From NCBI GenBank assembly GCA_026413685.1, contig JAOAKK010000002.1, positions 1 to 41,563 of the forward strand: a stretch of 41,563 nucleotides of DNA. Direction: 5' to 3'. Below the pieces are notes generated by a model that ran no database searches, was not told the DNA's origin, and worked only from the letters and a program-made list of their open reading frames with translations. This DNA comes from Candidatus Micrarchaeota archaeon (GTDB lineage: Archaea > Micrarchaeota > Micrarchaeia > CAILAH01). Both the position numbers and the translations under genes were made by a program. Position 1 is the stretch's first letter. Every line of letters begins with the position of its first letter. This document shows, piece by piece, positions 17,313-25,494 of the stretch.

Positions 17313-17693
17313 ATGTTCATCTCCACGCTTGTTGGCTCAAAAAAGCTCGCAAAGGTCCATTCTATAATAGGCAGCATGCCAAAACAGGTGCGTGATGAGC
17401 TTGATGACGTGGTGATAATATACAGGGGCATAGTAAGCACAAGCGGCTCTTACGGCGACCTGCTCGTGCGCAAGAAAGGCCACCGCATCTGCAACATCGT
17501 GTGGAACGAGGGGTACGGCGAGGTCCGTGAGATGGACCCGCTGATGCTTGACAAGCTGGTCAAGTTTTATGACATGTTCGTGCAGGAGATGCTAGTCCGC
17601 GAGCCGCGCAAAATGCTTGACAAGGTTGATATCATAAACCAGAAGATAGACATCTCTCCCGCAACTGCATTCAAGAAAGCCAGCAAGCAGTAG
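17313..17693 (+). CDS. Hypothetical protein (126 aa), no recognisable domain
   Basis: An ATG lies 24 nt downstream of TTTTAATTAAT. The amino-acid composition looks coding. I could not identify any family motif. It is convergent with the methyltransferase. Confidence 0.45.
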   Translation: MFISTLVGSKKLAKVHSIIGSMPKQVRDELDDVVIIYRGIVSTSGSYGDLLVRKKGHRICNIVWNEGYGEVREMDPLMLDKLVKFYDMFVQEMLVREPRKMLDKVDIINQKIDISPATAFKKASKQ

Positions 17694-17711
17694 CTTGCCA
17701 AAGCGCACATC

Positions 17712-18890
17712 TCATATTTTCTTTATGATGATTGCACTTTCACGCACAGGCAGCTTGCCCTTGACAGGGACGTCAGCGTGCCTCACACTGCCAACCCATA
17801 CCTCACTCTCCATCCCGAAATCCTCAGCCATCTCTGCAAGTATCGTATCGCACTCTATGTTTAGCCGCTGGAGCACGGCGTTCCCCACCACCATCGCGCA
17901 CACAGCACCGCTCCTCATAACGCGATGGCATTCCTCTATTACTTTGAGCATATCGGTAAAGTAAGCATACGCAATCAGTGGTGGTGTGCCAATATGCGCA
18001 GCAAGCTTCTCATAAACATAATCCGCCTCCATCTTGATGTGCGAGCCGTTCCTACCTATGAACGAGCGCACCATCCCCTCACGTATCTCCTTGATGCCCT
18101 GCACTTTCCCGAGCAATCCTAGCTCCATCCCGTATACTTTTGTGTAATCAACATTATTCAGGTAGGGTGGCGATGTTATAATCCCATTGACAGAGTTATC
18201 CTGCAGGTTAAGGTGCTTCGCACTGCCTACCTCTATGTTAGGCTCGTCATAAGCCACACCGTAGCCGCGAAGGTCACGCAGCATCATCTTTACCTTTTTC
18301 CTGAATAGCGCTTTTGCATCACCAGCACGCTTGTTCTCCATTATCTTGAGCACGCCGCCATCCTTGAGCACGTAGCTGACCTGCGGCAGTATGGAGATTA
18401 GTGCAACGAGCATAAATTCCCTGAGCCGCATATCCTCGATTTCCTCAATTTGCGATCTCAGTGATGTTATCGCCTCAATATTCCTGCGTGGGAACGCTTT
18501 CTCAGGGCTGAACAGCTCAAGCCCCCACTCATACCCACCCCTGCCTTTTTCCTTCCCGATTGAGCTGAGCATCTTATCGCACGTGGCGCTTGCCTGCGTA
18601 ATGAACACATCATCATAATTCCTGCACTTGACTGTTGATACGAGCACTGCGAGCGGGCTCGCATCCCTTCCTATGCTCACAATCCCCTCATACTTGCACT
18701 CAAGCGGGACTGTTCCAGCACCAACAAACGGGTCAAGCACGGGACCGCTCATCTCAAACTCCTTGATGAGCTGGCTTACCAGATGGCTCGAGAACGCTTC
18801 CTTGTAATAAAACCAGTTGAATATCGGCCTTCTCTTATCGGGCTGGAACGTCATGTAAGGCCCAAGCTCAGGCTTCTCTATGAATTTCAC
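17712..18890 (-). CDS. SAM-dependent DNA methyltransferase (N6-adenine/N4-cytosine type), apparently solitary
   Basis: Motif I VLDPFVGAGTV is near the N-terminus and catalytic motif IV ITSPPYLNNVDY about 185 aa later. The N-terminus FNWFYYKEAFSSHLV resembles the hxWxxYxExFS segment of amino-MTases. The GTG start has ATATTAAATAG about 25 nt upstream. Confidence 0.7.
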   Translation of the reverse strand: MKFIEKPELGPYMTFQPDKRRPIFNWFYYKEAFSSHLVSQLIKEFEMSGPVLDPFVGAGTVPLECKYEGIVSIGRDASPLAVLVSTVKCRNYDDVFITQASATCDKMLSSIGKEKGRGGYEWGLELFSPEKAFPRRNIEAITSLRSQIEEIEDMRLREFMLVALISILPQVSYVLKDGGVLKIMENKRAGDAKALFRKKVKMMLRDLRGYGVAYDEPNIEVGSAKHLNLQDNSVNGIITSPPYLNNVDYTKVYGMELGLLGKVQGIKEIREGMVRSFIGRNGSHIKMEADYVYEKLAAHIGTPPLIAYAYFTDMLKVIEECHRVMRSGAVCAMVVGNAVLQRLNIECDTILAEMAEDFGMESEVWVGSVRHADVPVKGKLPVRESAIIIKKI

Positions 18891-18977
18891 GATTAGCAGT
18901 TATGCGTGAATCTATTTAATATTAATATTTAATTCCCGCTTTTGCTTTCGTATCACGTGCCACACAAGCACCTGGGC

Positions 18978-19526
18978 TTACGCATTATCAGCGCCAAAAT
19001 TAACATTGAAGTATTCCCTGAACTTGGGTGTTGTGCTGAGCAGCCAGTTCCTCCCATTTTTTCTCTTGTTTATGAACTTCTGCTCGACGAGCGAATGTAT
19101 GTGCTCATAACATCCCGACCCGAGCGCTTTCACCACTGATGACTGTACAACACCCGTTTTTCCCTCTTTCTTTGCAACGTATGCGAGCACTTTCAGCTCG
19201 CCTTTTGTCAGGTCAGCATTCCTGGCTATCCCGGCAACTATGCCAAGATACGCATCACGCACTTTCATAAAATACGCACTATCATCCGATACTATTTCCA
19301 CGGCACCGCCGCGTGCCGCATACTCCTCTTTCAGGCGCTCCGCACACTCCTTAACGCCTGCATACGTGCCCATCCCAACCATTTTTGCAATCGTCTTGAG
19401 ATGTATCGGCTCGGTCGACATAAAAAGTATGGCTTCTATGCGCCTCTTCATCTCATCCTTATCGCACTCGTGCGCACATCCGGCGCACTCAGCAGCAGAG
19501 CCACCTGCAGGCACATCCATATGCAA
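18978..19526 (-). CDS. scpB: Segregation and condensation protein B
   Basis: IEAILFMSTEPIHLKTIAKMVG and a second winged-helix segment (LKVLAYVAKKEGKTGVVQS). It has a Cys/His-containing N-terminal extension. Confidence 0.75.
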   Translation of the reverse strand: MHMDVPAGGSAAECAGCAHECDKDEMKRRIEAILFMSTEPIHLKTIAKMVGMGTYAGVKECAERLKEEYAARGGAVEIVSDDSAYFMKVRDAYLGIVAGIARNADLTKGELKVLAYVAKKEGKTGVVQSSVVKALGSGCYEHIHSLVEQKFINKRKNGRNWLLSTTPKFREYFNVNFGADNA

Positions 19527-19603
19527 CTTTAAGAAGGCAAAATATTAAAATAAGCAGAGGCATTTCCAGCCCAGTGCGACCAGCACAACAAAAACTTCAG
19601 TAT

Positions 19604-20113
19604 CTATTCCGTTGCGCCATACCCAAAAAGCATCTGTATGAGCTCATCATTTTCCTTTTCCTTGGCCCACATCAGTGCAGTCCAGCCGTATGATGACTTC
19701 TCGTGCACGCATGCATTATTCTTCAGGAGCAGCTCGGCAATCCTCACGTTTTGCATCTCAACAGCGGCCATCAGTGCCGTCTGCCCAAACTTATCTTTCG
19801 CATTGACATCCGCACCGTGCAGTATGAGAACGCTTGCAATCTCATAATTCTCCTCATACACAGCCCACATCAGCGCGGTCTTGAGCTGGCTATCCTTTGC
19901 GTTTGGGCTTGCACCTTTTGCAAGCGCCTTTTTTACCTTATCCAAATCCCATTCCTTGCACGCCTGTAACAGCAGCCTATCAAGCGCGCGCGTTCTCCTG
20001 CTTGCACCTTCCTTAATCGCAGGCTCCTCAATAGGATTAGCTTTCTTAAACCCATTATATCCTTCATATTCACGGTGCCTTTTCTTCAGGCTAGCCTGTT
20101 TTGGGATGGCCAT
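19604..20113 (-). CDS. Ankyrin-repeat protein with a basic N-terminus
   Basis: At least three tandem ANK repeats (TALMWAV..GADVNAKDKFGQTALMAAV...LLKNNACVHEKSSYGWTALMWA). A GGTG Shine-Dalgarno lies 6 nt upstream of the ATG. There is no TATA box in the 45-nt gap after ndk. Confidence 0.8.
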   Translation of the reverse strand: MAIPKQASLKKRHREYEGYNGFKKANPIEEPAIKEGASRRTRALDRLLLQACKEWDLDKVKKALAKGASPNAKDSQLKTALMWAVYEENYEIASVLILHGADVNAKDKFGQTALMAAVEMQNVRIAELLLKNNACVHEKSSYGWTALMWAKEKENDELIQMLFGYGATE

Positions 20114-20161
20114 CACTCACACCAACAATCCTGGCAGCCCTGTAAGCACAGCATGCGCCGC

Positions 20162-20635
20162 TTACCTGTTGAGCTCATCACCGGCATACAGGAACTGCTT
20201 GTTGTTAAGCTCATAATTGTACAGCTCTTCATCCTTGAAGAACAGGGATATCTCGCGCTTTGCAGTCTCGATTGAGTCTGATGCGTGTATGATATTCCTG
20301 CTCGTGCTGAGTGCAAAATCCCCACGTATCGTGCCCGGAGCTGCCTTGTTTGCATCCGTCACGCCGCACATGTTCCTGACAGCCTCAACAGCATTCCTGC
20401 CCTCAACAACACCCAGTATCACTGGTGATGAGCTCATAAACCCGACAAGGTCAGGGAAAAACGGTTTGGATGCAAGGTGCGCATAATGCTTTTCCAGGAT
20501 TTCCCTTCCAAGCCACATCATCTTGAGGCCGACAATCTTAAACCCCTTCTCCTCAAACCTTGCGAGCACCTTGCCGCAAAGCCCGCGGTTAACTGCGTCT
20601 GGCTTCAGTATAATAAGCGTTCTCTCAGCTGCCAT
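20162..20635 (-). CDS. ndk: Nucleoside diphosphate kinase
   Basis: ERTLIILKPDAV, GTIRGDFA, NIIHASDS. Confidence 0.95.
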   Translation of the reverse strand: MAAERTLIILKPDAVNRGLCGKVLARFEEKGFKIVGLKMMWLGREILEKHYAHLASKPFFPDLVGFMSSSPVILGVVEGRNAVEAVRNMCGVTDANKAAPGTIRGDFALSTSRNIIHASDSIETAKREISLFFKDEELYNYELNNKQFLYAGDELNR

Positions 20636-20643
20636 GCAAGCAC

Positions 20644-20844
20644 CTATTTCTTCTTCTCAGTTGGCTTTGCACTCTCAGCCTTGACTTCAGGCTGCGTCCA
20701 CTTGAGCTTTCTTGGCTTCCTGTTGAGCTTAAGCGAGTTCATGCGGCACTTTCGTGAGCAGAATGGGAGGACCTTCCCATCCCTCTTCACGTAAAGCAGG
20801 CCAGTCCCGCGCTCCATCTCAGCATTGCAGAATGAACACTTCAC
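20644..20844 (-). CDS. rpl24e: 50S ribosomal protein L24e
   Basis: MKCSFCNAEMERGTGLLYVKRDGKVLPFCSRKCRMN. Confidence 0.93.
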   Translation of the reverse strand: MKCSFCNAEMERGTGLLYVKRDGKVLPFCSRKCRMNSLKLNRKPRKLKWTQPEVKAESAKPTEKKK

Positions 20845-20860
20845 TTAAACCACCTCTCGC

Positions 20861-21067
20861 TTACCTGGCCTTGATTTCCTTGGCCTCCCTCTCAGACTCA
20901 AGCAGGCACAGGATATCACCTTTCTTGACAGGGCCTTTCACATTCCTCCTGATAACCCTGTTCTGGTCCTTGCCCTCAAGTATCTTGCACATAACCTGGT
21001 AAATCTCGCCGTAGACACCGGTCTTGCCGATGACTTCAACAACCTCAGCGTGGACAACATCTCCCAT
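20861..21067 (-). CDS. rps28e: 30S ribosomal protein S28e
   Basis: [56 protein letters not shown]. Confidence 0.93.
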   Translation of the reverse strand: MGDVVHAEVVEVIGKTGVYGEIYQVMCKILEGKDQNRVIRRNVKGPVKKGDILCLLESEREAKEIKAR

Positions 21068-21078
21068 TTAAAAGCACC

Positions 21079-21444
21079 TTATGCCTTCTTAGGTATGTGG
21101 TTGAGCAGCTCTTTAAGAAGCTCACCGCCGTTGCCAGGGTTTTCAATTGCAACCGCAGCACTCTGCACACCCATCCCAGCATACTTGCCGAGCTCTTTCT
21201 TGTCGGGCACGTATATGAACGGGATGCCTTTCTCGGTGCAGATATCCGGCAGGTGCATCACAATCTCTTCAGGCTCAACATTCTCGGCGATTACGACAAT
21301 CTTTGCAGTGCCGCGCTCAATCGATTTGGTAGCCTCGTTTGTCCCCCTGCGCACCTTACCAGTTGAGCTTGCAATCTGGACAAGCTCATACGCCTTCCCC
21401 GCAACTTCGGGTGCAACGCTAAATTTCACGTAGGATTTTGCCAT
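21079..21444 (-). CDS. rpl7ae: 50S ribosomal protein L7Ae (K-turn binding)
   Basis: [65 protein letters not shown]. Confidence 0.95.
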   Translation of the reverse strand: MAKSYVKFSVAPEVAGKAYELVQIASSTGKVRRGTNEATKSIERGTAKIVVIAENVEPEEIVMHLPDICTEKGIPFIYVPDKKELGKYAGMGVQSAAVAIENPGNGGELLKELLNHIPKKA

Positions 21445-21454
21445 TTTTCCACCT

Positions 21455-21507
21455 CTACTGATGTCTCATCGGTAGCACTTTGTCTTAAAGTGCGCTAATA
21501 TTATAAA
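21455..21507 (-). promoter_or_regulatory. Putative promoter and 5' leader of the L7Ae-S28e-L24e-ndk operon
   Basis: On the minus strand, TTTATAATATT lies at 21497-21507. A leader hairpin CUAC-C-GAUG-AGA-CAUC-A-GUAG lies at 21455-21475. It is followed immediately by AGAGGUGG and then the ATG at 21444. Confidence 0.4.
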
Positions 21508-21664
21508 CATTGCCTCGCCCCCCAAAGCCAAGTTGGCCGCACCACTGCACACGCCTATGCAGTTTCCTATATATAAATATTACAGCAAATTATACGTTGT
21601 GGCAAAGGTTGTTCTGGCCATTACGCGCCATAAGAAAAGGCTCAGGAAAGTCAAGTATATCTCG

Positions 21665-22351
21665 ATGCGCCTGGGGAGGGACGTGTTCGCCTACCCGCCG
21701 CTTGCAAAGGCAGACCTGAAATCGCTGGGTATCCCTGACATACAGCTCCTTGATTCAGAAGTTGACGATTCCAAGCTTGAGGCGCGCAACATCAAGTACC
21801 TGCATGGCAGGATGATACATATCACTGTTGGCAATGAGACGTTCAGCAGCACACTTTATGATGAGCTGCAAACGCTGATTGACTGGCTCGGGTACGGTGC
21901 CTGCGAAAGCGAGAAGGAGGAGTTCCTTGGCAGGGCGGCATTGCTGAAGAACGAGCTCGAGCCCATTGCGCATTACTTGTTTGATACACAGGTTAAGGAA
22001 CGCATATTCCAGTTTTTTGTCAATTTCAAGGATATCAAGCAGTCAGCAGACCCTTACCATGACAAGCGCAGGAATCTTACACGGCTTGGCAACGAGAGCT
22101 CAAAGCAGTTCAAGGACTCAATAATGGAAATCCTAAGGAAACCGCGCGAGCTTGAGGAGATAGTCCAGCTCACAAAAGTGAACGAGTCGAACGCGCGCAG
22201 GTGGCTGCTGAAGCTTGAGAGCCAGGGCATCATAACAAAGACGCGCAAGCGCATGGGGATAGGCAGGCCGAAGAACATATACTACCTTTCGCACCGCCTC
22301 CAGCTCCCATCAAACAGCAACGATAACGGCACAGGCAGCGAGCAGCATTAG
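21665..22351 (+). CDS. Hypothetical protein with a C-terminal winged helix-turn-helix
   Basis: The C-terminus ELEEIVQLTKVNESNARRWLLKLESQGIITKTRKRMGIGRPKNIYYL looks like an ArsR/TrmB-type wHTH. The N-terminal ~150 aa are unrecognised. The start is uncertain: the ORF opens at 21533, a GTG lies at 21599 after TATATATAAATATT, and an ATG lies at 21665. Confidence 0.5.
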   Translation: MRLGRDVFAYPPLAKADLKSLGIPDIQLLDSEVDDSKLEARNIKYLHGRMIHITVGNETFSSTLYDELQTLIDWLGYGACESEKEEFLGRAALLKNELEPIAHYLFDTQVKERIFQFFVNFKDIKQSADPYHDKRRNLTRLGNESSKQFKDSIMEILRKPRELEEIVQLTKVNESNARRWLLKLESQGIITKTRKRMGIGRPKNIYYLSHRLQLPSNSNDNGTGSEQH

Positions 22352-22360
22352 CACAGCCTG

Positions 22361-22891
22361 CTAGGATTTGATAGTTTTCATCCTGTTAAAAATTGCTCGT
22401 GCCCTCTTTTTCACTGCCGGCCCAACTTTTATGTAAACGAGCCCCTCACCAGGCTGGCCGTAAACCACAACATCACCCCTCCTGCACTTGATTATGGCTG
22501 CAAGTGCGAGCATATCCTCCTCGCCATCAACGTGGATGTAGCACTGCGTGTTGCCTGCAAGTGCGGACTCAATAGCAAGCATAGCGCTCTCGCTTATTGT
22601 CCCGGCATCGTTTCTTACGCAGTATACCTTCCTGTACCTGCGGCGTATTTTGCGGGTGATGTGTGCGCCCAGTTTTTTGCGCAGGCTTTTCCCGTCACAG
22701 ATTGAGATTGTTGGGATGGCTCCCTCATCGATAAGCCCCAGCGAGCATATGTCACCAACACTTACAACTCTCCCCTTGGCGCGCCCGCGCATATGCATAA
22801 TCAGGCGGGCGGCATCACGCGCGCCCATCACTTTCCCGAATGGCTTTCTGAGCACCATTTTCAGCTTGCCATCAGCAACCCTAACGTTCAT
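22361..22891 (-). CDS. GTP-dependent dephospho-CoA kinase (DUF359 family)
   Basis: DUF359-like blocks VVSVGDICSLGLIDEGAIPTISICDGKSLRKK and VDGEEDMLALAAII...VVVYGQPGEGLVYIKV. Confidence 0.65.
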   Translation of the reverse strand: MNVRVADGKLKMVLRKPFGKVMGARDAARLIMHMRGRAKGRVVSVGDICSLGLIDEGAIPTISICDGKSLRKKLGAHITRKIRRRYRKVYCVRNDAGTISESAMLAIESALAGNTQCYIHVDGEEDMLALAAIIKCRRGDVVVYGQPGEGLVYIKVGPAVKKRARAIFNRMKTIKS

Positions 22892-22932
22892 CCAATCTAA
22901 TCATTCTCAGCTGTTCAATATATAAGTTTTCG

Positions 22933-23400
22933 ATGTGCAATTATCTTATGAATACATTGAAAAACGACGTGCGCGTCTCTGAACTGATGCAGAAAGAGGT
23001 TGTTACAATCCCGGATTATGCAACAGTCAGGGATGCGGCAATCAAGATGCGCGACAAGGGCATCGGCTCTGTTGTTATAGTCAAGGATAACCAAGGGATA
23101 GGCATCCTGACCGATAGGGACATTGTGGTGCGTGTTGTCTCATCAATGAAAGATCCTGAGATGGTTCTCGTGCGCGAGATTATGTCCACTAACATCATAT
23201 TCGTGCATACCGATACGCCAATCAATGATGCAGCGTCGCTTATGGTTAGGCACAGCATCAAAAAGCTCCCTGTCACTGATAAGAAAGGGAACCTTGTGGG
23301 AATACTTACATACACAGACCTGCTTCGCGCATACCCTGGCTATGTTGAGGTGCTCAAGGAAATCGTGCGTGCAGGCACATGCGGGGAAACGCATATATGA
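22933..23400 (+). CDS. CBS-domain pair protein
   Basis: Two CBS modules (VSELMQKEVVTIPDYATVRDAAIKMRDKGIGSVVIV and VREIMSTNIIFVHTDTPINDAASLMVRHSIKKLPVTD). Confidence 0.85.
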   Translation: MCNYLMNTLKNDVRVSELMQKEVVTIPDYATVRDAAIKMRDKGIGSVVIVKDNQGIGILTDRDIVVRVVSSMKDPEMVLVREIMSTNIIFVHTDTPINDAASLMVRHSIKKLPVTDKKGNLVGILTYTDLLRAYPGYVEVLKEIVRAGTCGETHI

Positions 23401-24461
23401 CAAATCAATTCGCCAAATTGCCTGAAGGCCTTGAGAGCGCGCTCAGGGAGCGGCTTGGTGCGGCGCTTGATACCGAGCTTGCAAAGGTAATGTCTGATTA
23501 TGCGGACATGATTGACAGGAAGGCCGCGCTGTACATACTCGGGATTGAGCACGGCATTGTGCAGAAGCGCAAGAAATCAATCGAGTTGTTCTCAGAGCTT
23601 AGCGGTGATGAGCAGGGTGTCTCTTTCAGGGCGCTTGTGCAGAAGGTTTTTGTCCCCCTTGAGAGCAGGCAGCATAGGACACTGCGCGCCCTTCTTTCGG
23701 ATGGCGGGGGCGGCGAGAAAGTGATAGTCCTATGGGATGCGCATGTTGATAGTGCGCTCTCATCTGGCCTTGAGCAGGGTGACACGCTCATTGTTGAGAA
23801 TGCATACTACAGGAACGGTGAATTGCACGCAGGCCAGTACACTGCAGTGTCGATTGACAAGAAAAATAAAATCATGCCACTCTCAAAAATAACAGATGGC
23901 AGGTGTAATGTTGCAGTGCGGCTCGCATCACCTATTGGGATACGCACATACATCCGCAATAACGAGCAAAAGCAGATGTGCAGCGCGTTTGTTGCAGATG
24001 ATACTGGCCGGGTTAGGATGGTCGGGTGGGACGGTGCGGTAGCCAGGCTTAGCAGCGCAGCTGTGGGTGATGTGCTTCGCATACGTGGTGCGCTGTTCAG
24101 GAACGGTGAGCTCCACGTTAATGACTTTTCGCAGGTTGAGGTTAACCCGCAAGGGTGCATCGTGCTCAACAGGATTGAAGAAGTATTTGACGGAATGAAA
24201 TGCGCGTTTATTGGCAAAATCATATCTGCGTTTGAGAACGGCGGATGGCTTTATGTGGTCTCGCGCACAGATAACAAGGACATTAAGGTGCTTGTGGGCA
24301 GTGGCGCGCTGCGTGGGTTGCTGGGTGTGCTCAGCCCAGATATAGATATTAATGTTGCAGGCCTGCTAAAGCTCAAGTCGCTCGTTGGCAGGGAATGCAT
24401 ATTTGAGGGCAAGATGGGTGGCAACGGCATTTTTGAGTGTGCATCCCTCATTGTTGAATAG
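23397..24461 (+). CDS. RPA-like single-stranded DNA-binding protein with three predicted OB folds
   Basis: The RPA OB pattern repeats three times, for example RALLSDGGGGEKVIVLWDAH...LEQGDTLIVENAYYRNGELH and SAFVADDTGRVRMVGWDGAV...AVGDVLRIRGALFRNGELHV. The ATG overlaps the CBS stop (ATGA). Confidence 0.5.
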   Translation: MTNQFAKLPEGLESALRERLGAALDTELAKVMSDYADMIDRKAALYILGIEHGIVQKRKKSIELFSELSGDEQGVSFRALVQKVFVPLESRQHRTLRALLSDGGGGEKVIVLWDAHVDSALSSGLEQGDTLIVENAYYRNGELHAGQYTAVSIDKKNKIMPLSKITDGRCNVAVRLASPIGIRTYIRNNEQKQMCSAFVADDTGRVRMVGWDGAVARLSSAAVGDVLRIRGALFRNGELHVNDFSQVEVNPQGCIVLNRIEEVFDGMKCAFIGKIISAFENGGWLYVVSRTDNKDIKVLVGSGALRGLLGVLSPDIDINVAGLLKLKSLVGRECIFEGKMGGNGIFECASLIVE

Positions 24462-24585
24462 CCAGGCCTATCGCGGTGTTGTGCGGCGCATCAGCCAATG
24501 CCATGGTGGGTGCCGGGGTGCCACGTGAAGCAGGGCATTTCCGGTGTGTAAGGCATATATATGTTTTATGCACTAATTATTAACG

Positions 24586-25371
24586 ATGGAAGTGGAGAGT
24601 GGGGCAGCAGAAACCATTATGGGCGAGCAGCAGCTATCTTCTGGTGATGGCCTGGATTTTATCAAGTTCGTCGAGAACCCTACGTGGAAGGATGTCCTTC
24701 TTGGGCTTGTTAACAGCGAGCAGCTCGACCCGTGGAACATTGATGTTTCGGAGATAACCTCAAAATACATCGAGGTTATCAAGGGGATGGAACGGCTTGA
24801 CCTGCACATCCCTGCAAACCTCATTTTGGCAGCAGCGATACTCGTCAGGATAAAAAGCGAAGCGCTCGTGTTCAAGGAATACTATGAGAGTGACCTGCTG
24901 AATGAGATCCCCCCAGAGCTTAATTTCAATGTGGGGTTCAACAGCATTGAGAGCGTTCCAGAGCTCTCATTCAAGGCAAAATTCCCAAAGAAAAGGAAAG
25001 TGACGCTGCAGGAGCTTCTTGATGCGGTTGAGGATGCGCTTGCAAGCGAGCTCAAGCACGAGGCGTCGCGCACACAACGCAGGTTTCTCACATGTGCAGA
25101 CCTTGGGCTTGAGATTGAGAAGATAGATGTTGAGAAGCTCATAAGCGACAAGTATGCACAGGTGCTTTCGAGTGCTGACCAGTATGGCCTTGTTAAGTTT
25201 TCTGACATAGCTGGCAACTCGCCGATTGAGGTTGTGCATTCGCTTCTCGCCGTGCTTTACCTGCGCTCTTATGAAGTGGTAGACCTCAAGCAATCTAAGT
25301 TTTTCGGTGACATTTTTGTAAAGGTAATTGACAGGGAGAAAAGCCTTGCAAAGATAAGCCTGACCATTTAG
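24586..25371 (+). CDS. scpA: Segregation and condensation protein A (kleisin)
   Basis: LDPWNIDVSEITSKYIEVIKGMERLDLHIPANLILAAAILVRIKSE plus a C-terminal winged-helix region. Confidence 0.8.
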   Translation: MEVESGAAETIMGEQQLSSGDGLDFIKFVENPTWKDVLLGLVNSEQLDPWNIDVSEITSKYIEVIKGMERLDLHIPANLILAAAILVRIKSEALVFKEYYESDLLNEIPPELNFNVGFNSIESVPELSFKAKFPKKRKVTLQELLDAVEDALASELKHEASRTQRRFLTCADLGLEIEKIDVEKLISDKYAQVLSSADQYGLVKFSDIAGNSPIEVVHSLLAVLYLRSYEVVDLKQSKFFGDIFVKVIDREKSLAKISLTI

Positions 25372-25494
25372 CTTTTCAAGATGCTCAAAACCCCCTAAAG
25401 CAGCTCTTTCAGGAATTGCCTTACATACCCCTTAATGCGCATTCTCCTGGCCCTCTCAAAAACCGCAGCACCTTTGTTTCAGGGATAAGAGGGA

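Noticed and set aside
21455-21475. A K-turn in the L7Ae 5' leader, as reported for L7Ae autoregulation.
   Set aside because: The stem-loop lacks the defining 3-nt bulge followed by tandem sheared G-A/A-G pairs. The nucleotides 5' of the closing GUAG are CA, not GA.
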